This document shows, piece by piece, positions 19,444-28,079 of a stretch of DNA of 64,000 nt. Positions within the stretch are counted from its first letter, which is position 1; every line of letters starts with the position of its first letter. A program made the position numbers and the translations under genes. The DNA comes from Ignavibacteriota bacterium (GTDB lineage: Bacteria; Bacteroidota; Ignavibacteria; UBA10030), in contig CAVSHO010000009.1 of NCBI GenBank assembly GCA_963727825.1, forward strand, positions 768,001 through 832,000, written 5' to 3'. The notes under the pieces were generated by a model. That model had not been told where the DNA came from. It searched no databases and saw only the letters and a program-made list of their open reading frames with translations.

Positions 19444-19935
19444 CTACCGTGAGCTGCGTTTCAGCATTTTGAAGAGAGTAGCCATTTCGAGAGCTGTCAA
19501 AGCTGCGTCCCATCCTTTATGTCCTTGCGCTCCACCGACACGATCCAGCGCCTGCCGTTCGTTGTCAGTTGTCAACACACCAAACACTACCGGAAGGGAA
19601 TAACGTAAAGCCACATCTTGAATGCCACGAGCTGTTTCAGCAGAGATATATTCAAAGTGCGGAGTATCGCCGCGAATAATAGCGCCAAGGCAAACAATTG
19701 CGTCCCATTTTTTTTGAATAGCTAACTTATTGGCAACTTGTGGCAATTCAAATGCCCCCGGACAGAAAATCACTTTACGATTTTTCTCCGTCACTCCGTA
19801 TTTACGTAGACAGCGTTCTGCGCCTTCCAACAATTTTGAGGTGACATGGTAATTAAATCGGCTAACAACAATAGCAAACCGTAACTTAGCCGCGGATCCT
19901 TGAAATGACTTTGATAAGTATTTTTTTGAATTCAT
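19444..19935 (-). CDS. ribH: 6,7-dimethyl-8-ribityllumazine synthase
   Basis: VSRFN, PGAFELP, IRGDTPHFEY and FGVLTT motifs. Confidence 0.97.
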   Translation of the reverse strand: MNSKKYLSKSFQGSAAKLRFAIVVSRFNYHVTSKLLEGAERCLRKYGVTEKNRKVIFCPGAFELPQVANKLAIQKKWDAIVCLGAIIRGDTPHFEYISAETARGIQDVALRYSLPVVFGVLTTDNERQALDRVGGAQGHKGWDAALTALEMATLFKMLKRSSR

Positions 19936-19941
19936 AAAATT

Positions 19942-20823
19942 TTATGAAAAAAGACGAGTGCGCATATCTTCAACAATTTGCAGCGGTACGGTATAGGTGC
20001 CGAGCATTTGGTCGTCATTCTTCCTACCGCCATGGTAATCAGAACCACCGCATTCTAATAAAAAATATTGATGAACAACACCGCGATAAAATTCTTGACG
20101 CGCTTCATTATGCGATGGGTGGACAACTTCAATCCCATCCAATCCAGCTTGAATGAGCGCCGATAGCTCAAGATCCGTAGTATATTTACCGGGATGCGCG
20201 AGGAATGTAAGTCCACCGGCTTGAGCAATAAGTTGTGTTGCTTCAAGTGGAGATAATTGGTACTTCTTTTCGTACGCCGGAGCACCAACGCCGATATATT
20301 TTAAGAATGCTTCGTGATACGTATCAATCAATCCTTCTTCCAATAAAGCGCTGGCAATATGTGGCCTGCCAACAGAACCAATTCCTGCTTGATCGAGCAC
20401 TGCATCCATTTTAAGTGAAACATTGATATCGTTCAATTTCTGGACGATACGTTCAGCGCGTTTCAATCGTTCATAACGGAAAAAGGCAAGGTAATCTTGA
20501 AGTTTTTGGTTGTTATAATCAAAGAAGTACGCAAGCAGGTGAATATCTTTTTCATTCAGCGCAACACTCAACTCTACACCGGGCACAATTTCTACACCTA
20601 AGCTTCTCCCGGTTTCGATCGCCTCATTAATACCGCCGACATTATCATGATCGGTAATTGAAACAATGGAAAGCTCGACCGCGCGTGCACGTTGAATAAG
20701 CGTTTCTGGCGAGAGTGCTCCATCGGAGTATGTTGTATGCAGATGGAGATCTGCTCGAGAATTGTTTGAACGATCTATTTGTTTGGTTAGTCCATTCTCC
20801 ATCTCAGCCATAAATACCTGCAA
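19942..20823 (-). CDS. PHP-domain phosphoesterase (TrpH/YciV-like); start uncertain
   Basis: DLHLHTTYSDG, ITDHD, GRPH, AHP and GGSDYHG motifs. Confidence 0.9.
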   Translation of the reverse strand: MQVFMAEMENGLTKQIDRSNNSRADLHLHTTYSDGALSPETLIQRARAVELSIVSITDHDNVGGINEAIETGRSLGVEIVPGVELSVALNEKDIHLLAYFFDYNNQKLQDYLAFFRYERLKRAERIVQKLNDINVSLKMDAVLDQAGIGSVGRPHIASALLEEGLIDTYHEAFLKYIGVGAPAYEKKYQLSPLEATQLIAQAGGLTFLAHPGKYTTDLELSALIQAGLDGIEVVHPSHNEARQEFYRGVVHQYFLLECGGSDYHGGRKNDDQMLGTYTVPLQIVEDMRTRLFS

Positions 20824-20894
20824 ACAACTTTGTTCGTATACTCATAGAAGTAAATATCCAGCGCTTTAGTTTATTACAAAGCAAAAAGGATATT

Positions 20895-21581
20895 TCATAA
20901 ATATTTTTTACGGAACGCTTCATAATCGTTGATAATTAGCTTATTTCCTTTTATCTGTATTTCTTCACAACCGATAAAAAAATGAATCATACGTGAAACT
21001 GTCTCGCGAGATGTACCTGCCATATTAGCTATGTCTTGTTGAAGCGGTAAGTCATCAATTTCAACTTTTCCTTTTCGAAATACTCCAACATCGTCAGCGA
21101 GAATCAATAAAACATTAGCAACACGTCCAGCCGCATCTTTAAGAGACAAACTTTTTATTTGCATATCGGCTTTTCGAAGCCGCATTGCAAGTTCGGCCAG
21201 CAGGGAAATCGCCACCTGAGGAAACTCATGAAGCAATTCTAAAAAATCCCGCCGATGAATCATAAACAATTCAGATTTCACGGTTGCTACAACGCTCGCA
21301 GAGCGCGCTTGTCCGTCTAGCAGCGACATTTCGCCGAAAAATTCGCCTGGTCTAAACATTGAAAGAATGACTTCGCGTCCATCTTCATCCATCCGCACTA
21401 CTTTTACTTTTCCAGAGACTATAACGAAGAGCGCCGCACCGCTTTCCTGCTCAAGCAAAACGATATTGCCCTTCTTATATTTTTGCCGAGTGCCAAGTTT
21501 GACAATCTTCTTTAAATCCTTTTCTTCAAGGTCGGCGAAGATAGGTACATTACGGAGAAAAATAATCTCTTCCTGAGGCAT
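20895..21581 (-). CDS. Crp/Fnr family transcriptional regulator (cAMP-binding type)
   Basis: FGEMSLLDG..RSA cNMP site and HTH GTSRETVSR. Confidence 0.93.
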   Translation of the reverse strand: MPQEEIIFLRNVPIFADLEEKDLKKIVKLGTRQKYKKGNIVLLEQESGAALFVIVSGKVKVVRMDEDGREVILSMFRPGEFFGEMSLLDGQARSASVVATVKSELFMIHRRDFLELLHEFPQVAISLLAELAMRLRKADMQIKSLSLKDAAGRVANVLLILADDVGVFRKGKVEIDDLPLQQDIANMAGTSRETVSRMIHFFIGCEEIQIKGNKLIINDYEAFRKKYL

Positions 21582-21659
21582 TGTGGTCCGCGCTGCGTGT
21601 TTAGGTTCAGATACCTATTGAATTAGGAACTTCCGTTCGTACGTACCACGAACTTTTAT

Positions 21660-21688
21660 AATATATCTTCCCGTGCGGTGAAATGCAA
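21660..21688 (-). promoter_or_regulatory. Sigma70-type promoter for the Crp gene
   Basis: TTGCAT-17 nt-TATATT. Confidence 0.6.
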
Positions 21689-21846
21689 GGTTTTTATAGA
21701 GAATCAAGCATTTCATAAAATCCAATAAATTTGATACGAAAAAATAATTTTGTGCTTTTCCCCGTTGATCGACAAGGTTTCGATCATTAATAATTTAGTA
21801 CTTCAGAAATATATTAGGCATTCACTCTATATATAACAATTACTAA

Positions 21847-22902
21847 TTAAATCTTCGCTTTACTCAACTCGCTCTTCAGATAATCGATAATAGAAACAGG
21901 TTCCGGATCTATATTATTTAGAATTGCAAGATACAGCGAAACCCAATCGCCAAAGTAAATCAAGGAAAACATCCTCGCCAATAGACTTTTACCTTCGCTT
22001 GCTATTTCTGTTACTCCCCCAGCGTACTGCGACACGATTTGTTTCGTAATTCTTTCGCGGATTGCTACTCGCTTGTATGTGCTAATGTCCTTTAAGAAAA
22101 CGACATGCATTTGCTTCATTAATACGGGAAGCACTTTCCACCCTACCAATTCGTTATGGTTCATTTCCGGAAGCACATGGCCGGAAGAAAGTTGTTTAGC
22201 GTTTTCAGCAATTTGTCCACGCCAGCGAATGTTCACAGCGTCAAGATGCTCGACTGGAGAATAAATTACCGGCAGTTTGCCTTTTATTTTTTCCGCTAGC
22301 TTGAGCGGTGCATTTTCCGTTAGTTCTGGGTTACTAAATAGTACAGATTCCTTTTTTAAGAGTTGAATTGTCTCTTTGATATCTTTGTCTTTTGATTTGA
22401 TAAAGCCAAGTCTGCCAAGTACAACCAGCAGCGGAAAAAAGGAATAGCCTAGTGCCGCACGCGGGGAAAGCCCTGGTGGAATTTGTATACATTGCTGTTT
22501 AAGTTTTTTCGCAATCTTTGCTATCTCTCCGCCTGTGCTGATGCAAAGAATTCGAGATTTTCGCCTAATTGCATCTTTATATGCAGATATTGTTTCCTCG
22601 GTATTTCCAGAATAACTGGAAACGATAACAAGCGTTTTTTTTCCAACGAATTCCGGAAGAGTATAATATCTGTTCACAGTAAACGAAACGGTTAATTCCT
22701 CGGCAAGATAAGAGCGAAGGAGGTCGCCTCCGATAGCCGAACCGCCCAATCCTGTCAGAACAATGTTTTGAACACCATTCACATTAAGTTTAATTTTTGC
22801 TTCTTTTCCAATTCGAATTGCTTCTTCGATCTGTTTTGGAAAATCCGCAATCCAAGTATACATACCTTTTGGGTCTATTCTGTTGATATCATCTATTGTC
22901 AT
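21847..22902 (-). CDS. Bifunctional phosphoglucose/phosphomannose isomerase (SIS fold)
   Basis: GLGGSAIGG, SSYSGNTEET, ENAK and PEMNHNE motifs. Confidence 0.92.
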   Translation of the reverse strand: MTIDDINRIDPKGMYTWIADFPKQIEEAIRIGKEAKIKLNVNGVQNIVLTGLGGSAIGGDLLRSYLAEELTVSFTVNRYYTLPEFVGKKTLVIVSSYSGNTEETISAYKDAIRRKSRILCISTGGEIAKIAKKLKQQCIQIPPGLSPRAALGYSFFPLLVVLGRLGFIKSKDKDIKETIQLLKKESVLFSNPELTENAPLKLAEKIKGKLPVIYSPVEHLDAVNIRWRGQIAENAKQLSSGHVLPEMNHNELVGWKVLPVLMKQMHVVFLKDISTYKRVAIRERITKQIVSQYAGGVTEIASEGKSLLARMFSLIYFGDWVSLYLAILNNIDPEPVSIIDYLKSELSKAKI

Positions 22903-22916
22903 GAATGTTCTCCTAA

Positions 22917-22946
22917 TGGCAATTTGTGGTTAGTGGTAAATTGCCA
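22917..22946. repeat. Intergenic inverted repeat
   Basis: TGGCAATTT-12 nt-AAATTGCCA. Confidence 0.5.
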
Positions 22947-23018
22947 ATTGCTTCTTTTCATATACTGACTTCCGTATGAACTCTATTGTTTCTTTAGTCT
23001 AAAAATCTTAATCTGATT

Positions 23019-24773
23019 TTATCCAATCGGGATATCTGGAAACTTATGCTTCATTAAATGTTTAAGGAATGCTTTAATTTCATCTTCGGACTGCATTGTT
23101 AAAACTCGTTCGGCAACGTGTTGTGCTTCTGTATAATGTATAGAACGGATAATTTTTTTAATTTCAGGCAAAACATTTGGAACCACACTGAATTCATCCA
23201 ATCCAAGCCCGACAAGTAAAATAGTTGCCAGCGGATTACCCGCCATTTGTCCGCACATACCAACCCAAGCGTGTTCTTGCTTACCGCGCTCAATTATACG
23301 TCTTAGAAAGCGGATAACCGCCGGATGAAATTCCTGAAAAATATCCGACACAATATCGTTCCCGCGATCAACGGCAAGTAAATACTGAATAAGATCGTTT
23401 GTACCAATACTCAGGAAGCTCACTTCCCGCGCAAGGTGATCCGCAATGATTGCTGCAGCAGGCACTTCGATCATAACACCAAGCCTAATATTTTCATCAA
23501 ATGGAATTTTATGTGCGTGTAAATCATCCTTTGCCTGTGCAATAAGTTGTTTGCCAAGTTTTACTTCCTTAATGCTCGTAACCATTGGCAACATAATAGC
23601 AAGGTTTTTCAAAGTACTTGCCCGCAGCATAGCACGCAACTGATCAAGAAAAATCTGCGGTTTATCCAGCATAACACGAATTCCCCGCCAGCCAAGAAAT
23701 GGATTATTTTCTTTCATTGCTTGCATCATAAATTTGTCGCCGCCAATATCAAATGTACGTATAATAGCATGTTTAGGAAAAACCGCCTCAGCGATACGGT
23801 GATAAACTTCATACTGTTCTTCTTCACTCGGAAAAACTTCCTTACCAATCAGCAAGCTTTCTGTTCGGTAAAGTCCAATGCCGTCGGCACCCTGCAGTTT
23901 GATAAATTCAAGTTCTTCTTCCAACTCTACATTTGCTGCAAGTTTGACGTGATGCCCATCAAGTGTTTCAGCAGGAAGATCGCGCAACGGGGAAAGTGCT
24001 TCTTCAAACGTTTGGTACTGTGCTTTCTTCTTCTCGTAAAATCGCAAGGTCTCTGAATTCGGATGCAATACAATCGTACCGCTGTACGCATCAACAATAA
24101 TCTGATCATTGGTCTGTGCCAGCGATAACAATTGGTGGATGCCGACAATGGCTGGAATTTTTAATGCACGCGCCAGTAACGCCATGTGGGATGTTGCGCC
24201 GCCTAATTCTGTCACATACGCCAGTACATCGTTACGGCTAAATATCAGCGTATCAGCAGCTGCGAGATTATGCGAAACAATAACGTGCGAACCATCAATT
24301 TTCGAGACAAGTTTTTGTTCTTCGAGATTTCGGAGAATACGGTTTTCAACATCGAGCAGATCGTCAGCACGCGCACGGGCATATTCATCTTTAGATGTCA
24401 TCATCAATTGGTGATACTTCTCCATCTCGTCCTTAAGAAGATATTCTGCGTTTTTCTGCTCGTTCCTTAATCTTTTATATACTGCTTTAAAGAGGATAAT
24501 ATCTTCAAGAATTAAAAGTTGTGCTTCGAAAATTTTTGACTGCTCGGTTCCTAATTTTTGTTCGGCAAATTCAAATACCTTGGTAAGTTCCTTCTTGGAG
24601 CGCGCTACAGCATTTTGAAGCCGTTCGATTTCCTGCTCAACTTCGCTTGCAGCTATTGTGCGAATCAAGATTATTGGTTCATGTTTTCGGAACAGGAAAA
24701 TGGGTCCGATGGCGATTCCTGGAGATGCTGGAATTCCCTTTAGCTTAATTTCTTGTTTGAGAATCTGATCCAT
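23019..24773 (-). CDS. ptsI: PTS enzyme I
   Basis: GGATSH phospho-His, GIGLYRTE, NPFLGWRGIR and SIGTNDL motifs. Confidence 0.97.
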   Translation of the reverse strand: MDQILKQEIKLKGIPASPGIAIGPIFLFRKHEPIILIRTIAASEVEQEIERLQNAVARSKKELTKVFEFAEQKLGTEQSKIFEAQLLILEDIILFKAVYKRLRNEQKNAEYLLKDEMEKYHQLMMTSKDEYARARADDLLDVENRILRNLEEQKLVSKIDGSHVIVSHNLAAADTLIFSRNDVLAYVTELGGATSHMALLARALKIPAIVGIHQLLSLAQTNDQIIVDAYSGTIVLHPNSETLRFYEKKKAQYQTFEEALSPLRDLPAETLDGHHVKLAANVELEEELEFIKLQGADGIGLYRTESLLIGKEVFPSEEEQYEVYHRIAEAVFPKHAIIRTFDIGGDKFMMQAMKENNPFLGWRGIRVMLDKPQIFLDQLRAMLRASTLKNLAIMLPMVTSIKEVKLGKQLIAQAKDDLHAHKIPFDENIRLGVMIEVPAAAIIADHLAREVSFLSIGTNDLIQYLLAVDRGNDIVSDIFQEFHPAVIRFLRRIIERGKQEHAWVGMCGQMAGNPLATILLVGLGLDEFSVVPNVLPEIKKIIRSIHYTEAQHVAERVLTMQSEDEIKAFLKHLMKHKFPDIPIG

Positions 24774-24805
24774 TTTTCTTTCCGTTTATCATTAACGGCT
24801 TGCGC

Positions 24806-25084
24806 TTATATTGGCTCGCCAAAACCGCTCTCAAATAATTCTGACATTGCTTGATATGCTTCTTTTTCATCGGGTCCATCAAAACGCACTCGAAGTTTGG
24901 ACCCTTGTTCTGCGGCTAATGTCATTACACCGATAATACTTTTTCCATTAATTTGGAAATTATCTTTTTCGATGAAGAACTCAGATTTAAATTTTGCTGC
25001 CAGTTTTACTATCGCAGCAGCCGGGCGTGTATGCAGCCCCGCTCGATTCCGAATCGTTACTTCTTGTTCAATCATTCCTTCCAC
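24806..25084 (-). CDS. ptsH: Phosphocarrier protein HPr
   Basis: GLHTRPA (His15) and NGKSIIG (Ser46). Confidence 0.95.
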   Translation of the reverse strand: MEGMIEQEVTIRNRAGLHTRPAAAIVKLAAKFKSEFFIEKDNFQINGKSIIGVMTLAAEQGSKLRVRFDGPDEKEAYQAMSELFESGFGEPI

Positions 25085-25090
25085 ATCTCG

Positions 25091-26068
25091 TTAGAATTTT
25101 CTATTCAATAATTTATCTGTCATCCACCGAAGCGTTTCACGAGCTGCGGAAGCTGGCAGTGTCGAAAGTTGGTTTTTCGCTTCAGTGATATCGTTTTCAA
25201 TTCTTTTCTTAGCAGAATCAATTGCACCTGTTTCTTCATAGATGCGACGAAATGCTGGCACCTGCTTTCGCGATACACTGCCATTTGTAAATATCAGTTG
25301 AAGCATTTTTTTCTGTTCTCCCTTTGCACGCCGTAGTGCCTCAAGAAGCAAAAATGTTTTTTTACCTTCTACTAAATCACCGCCAATAGTTTTGCCAAGT
25401 TCTTTTTCATCAGCAATAATATCCAATAAATCATCCTGAATTTGAAATGCCCGCCCGACATATTCACCATATCTCCGTAGCGCTTCCATGTCTGCAACTG
25501 TAGCATTTCCAATAAGCGCACCCAACTGTGCCGCTATCGAAACTAATTTTCCGGTCTTCTTTTCTATCATCATCAAGTATTCATTCACATGCACACGGTG
25601 GCGTGTTTCAAATTCTTTATCCATCGCCTGGCCTTCGCAAATTGTAACAATAGCTTCAGTGAATATTTTACTGATTTCCTGAATGCGTGTTGATTTTGTT
25701 CTGAGCAAAGCACGGTATGCAAATGCAAGCAGGGCGTCACCGGAAAGAAGCGCAACATTTTCATCCCATTTTTTATGGACTGTAAGTCGTCCTCGACGTG
25801 TTTCCGCATGATCCATTATATCATCATGGACGAGCGTAAAATTATGAAGGATTTCAATTCCGGCTCCCGCATGCAGCGCATTGTTTGATTCGCCGCCAAC
25901 AGCTTCGCAGGCAAGCAGTGTAATTACGGGACGAATACGTTTGCCGCCAGCCGCGAGAACATATTTTGCTGGATGGTACAATGTCTGTGGTTTGTGTTCG
26001 GTGACGAAGCTCCGAAGATACCGTTCCACCGACGATTTATGTCGTTCATATCGTTGTTCAGGATTCAT
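25091..26068 (-). CDS. Short-chain polyprenyl (GGPP-type) diphosphate synthase
   Basis: GGKRIRP, FTLVHDDIMD and FQIQDDLLD motifs. Confidence 0.93.
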   Translation of the reverse strand: MNPEQRYERHKSSVERYLRSFVTEHKPQTLYHPAKYVLAAGGKRIRPVITLLACEAVGGESNNALHAGAGIEILHNFTLVHDDIMDHAETRRGRLTVHKKWDENVALLSGDALLAFAYRALLRTKSTRIQEISKIFTEAIVTICEGQAMDKEFETRHRVHVNEYLMMIEKKTGKLVSIAAQLGALIGNATVADMEALRRYGEYVGRAFQIQDDLLDIIADEKELGKTIGGDLVEGKKTFLLLEALRRAKGEQKKMLQLIFTNGSVSRKQVPAFRRIYEETGAIDSAKKRIENDITEAKNQLSTLPASAARETLRWMTDKLLNRKF

Positions 26069-26082
26069 AATTCATTCTCGTC

Positions 26083-27171
26083 TCACACTCTTAAATTTAA
26101 TTTTTGTTTCTGAAGCTCAGCGATGGAACATGAACCGGTCAGAAACATTGCGCTTTTCAATTCCCATTCCCATTGATTAATAAGTTCTACAACAGCTTCT
26201 GTTCCACCACTCGCAAGCGCTTGGAGTATAGACATAGCAGATGCAATAAAATCAGCGCCTAATGCGATCGATTTTGCGCAATCAACACCATTCGAAATTC
26301 CACCGGAAGCTATAACCTTCAATGATGGCGATTCACTTTTTAAGAGAAACGCAGATTTCAGCGCATCTACGGTTGGAATTCCCCAATCCCAAAAAATTTC
26401 TGTGCATGCACTTTTTATTTTTTCTTTCCTTATTCTGTCTCCACGTTTTTTTTTCGCTCGTTCGTTTCTTCCTCTCAAAATCTCAACTCCTGCCCAACTC
26501 GTACCGCCAGCGCCTGCAATATCAATAATCTTTACTCCGACATCAACCAATCGCCGCGCAACATCAGCTGAAATACCTGCGCCGATTTCTTTCACAATTA
26601 TAGGAACAGGAAGCGACTTAGCTAGTAATTCGATACCATCAAGCACCCCTCGGAAATTTGTATTTCCCTCCACCTGAAGCAATTCCTGCAATGGATTGAG
26701 GTGCACTGCAAACCCATCTGCTTGAATTAAATCAATCAGCCGTGCAATTGGCGATATATCCCGCAGATTAGCAACTTCTGATGCTCCAATATTTCCGAAG
26801 ATCGGAATGTCTGGTCCAGTTTCACGCGCCACCAAAAATGAACGATGGTACTGCATATTTTCCAATGCTTGTCGTTGACTTCCAATTCCCATTGCAATTT
26901 TTTTTTGGACACAAACTTCAGCAAGTTGTCGATTGATCCGTTCTGCCTTTGCATATCCACCGGTCATGCTGGAGATGATAAACGGCAGAGCGATTTTCTT
27001 CCTTAAGAAAACTGTCGAAGAATCGATATCCGATAGATTTAGTTCTGGCAGAGCGTTGTGTGAAAAATCCCAACGATCAAATCCAGAAGATTTAGTATGA
27101 AACGCTACATCCCTGGTTAAACTAATGTTGACATGCTGTTGCTTGCGTGAGGATGTGCGTGTCATTTTCAT
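26083..27171 (-). CDS. fni: Type 2 isopentenyl-diphosphate delta-isomerase
   Basis: RK..H, MTGG, GSQR, HLNPLQE, KEIGAG and GAGGTSW motifs; ATG 27171 lies downstream of the promoter. Confidence 0.95.
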   Translation of the reverse strand: MKMTRTSSRKQQHVNISLTRDVAFHTKSSGFDRWDFSHNALPELNLSDIDSSTVFLRKKIALPFIISSMTGGYAKAERINRQLAEVCVQKKIAMGIGSQRQALENMQYHRSFLVARETGPDIPIFGNIGASEVANLRDISPIARLIDLIQADGFAVHLNPLQELLQVEGNTNFRGVLDGIELLAKSLPVPIIVKEIGAGISADVARRLVDVGVKIIDIAGAGGTSWAGVEILRGRNERAKKKRGDRIRKEKIKSACTEIFWDWGIPTVDALKSAFLLKSESPSLKVIASGGISNGVDCAKSIALGADFIASAMSILQALASGGTEAVVELINQWEWELKSAMFLTGSCSIAELQKQKLNLRV

Positions 27172-27189
27172 ATATATAATCTCTTTAGA

Positions 27190-27218
27190 ATAATAAAGAA
27201 ATCGATTTCGAGAAGCAA
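27190..27218 (-). promoter_or_regulatory. Sigma70-type promoter for the fni operon
   Basis: TTGCTT-17 nt-TATTAT. Confidence 0.55.
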
Positions 27219-27239
27219 GGTAGCAATGGAAAGCATTTC

Positions 27240-27268
27240 TTGATTTTCCCTCAATTTTTCGGTATCTA
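27240..27268 (+). promoter_or_regulatory. Possible divergent promoter for the LpxH-like gene
   Basis: TTGATT-17 nt-TATCTA. Confidence 0.4.
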
Positions 27269-27286
27269 ATTTCATACGCAAACATC

Positions 27287-28051
27287 ATGAAGACAACCAA
27301 ACCCCGACAGCCGCAAAAATCACTTGTGCGGCAAAAAACATATTTCTTCTCAGACGCTCATCTCGGTCTCGGTTCAATAGAAGAGGATCGCCAGAAAGAA
27401 TTTCGGTTGGTACGCTTTTTAAATTTTATTCAGCGAGATGCCGCACAAATTTATATAGTGGGCGATTTATTTGATTATTGGTTTGAATACAAATCGGTCG
27501 TCCCAAAGAAATATTTCCGCCTCTTTGCAAAACTTGCAGAATTGACGGAACAAAACATTCGCATTTTCTTTATCGCTGGCAACCACGATTTCTGGGTAAA
27601 GAATTATTTCCATGATGAACTAGGCTTAGAAGTACATTTTAATCCTATCGAAACAATTATCGGCGACAAGCGCTTTCTCATCCACCATGGCGACGGTTTG
27701 CTTAAAGACGATCTTGGTTACAAGATTCTCAAAAAAATATTGCGCAGCAGAATTAATATTTTTCTGTTTTCGTTAATTCATCCGGATATTGCTGGATGGC
27801 TTGCTCGGTGGTCGTCGCGCACAAGCCGCCAGTACACAAGCAAAAGGTCGTACGAAAGCTCCGGTATGGTAGATTTTGCGGCAACCAAGTTAAAAGAAGG
27901 ATACGACTTTGTAGTGATGGGACACAATCACATTCCATCATGCCAGACAATTAACGGTGGTGTGTATGTCAATCTTGGCGACTGGATTTTTGAGAATACT
28001 TACGCGGTCTTCGATGGTAAAAAAATAAAACTGAAGAAGTGGATAGATTGA
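27287..28051 (+). CDS. UDP-2,3-diacylglucosamine diphosphatase (LpxH-family metallophosphoesterase)
   Basis: SDAHLG, GDLFDYW, GNHD, HGD, GHNH and NLGDW motifs. Confidence 0.85.
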   Translation: MKTTKPRQPQKSLVRQKTYFFSDAHLGLGSIEEDRQKEFRLVRFLNFIQRDAAQIYIVGDLFDYWFEYKSVVPKKYFRLFAKLAELTEQNIRIFFIAGNHDFWVKNYFHDELGLEVHFNPIETIIGDKRFLIHHGDGLLKDDLGYKILKKILRSRINIFLFSLIHPDIAGWLARWSSRTSRQYTSKRSYESSGMVDFAATKLKEGYDFVVMGHNHIPSCQTINGGVYVNLGDWIFENTYAVFDGKKIKLKKWID

Positions 28052-28079
28052 TTTATGTATTTAAAACAATTTAAATGCC

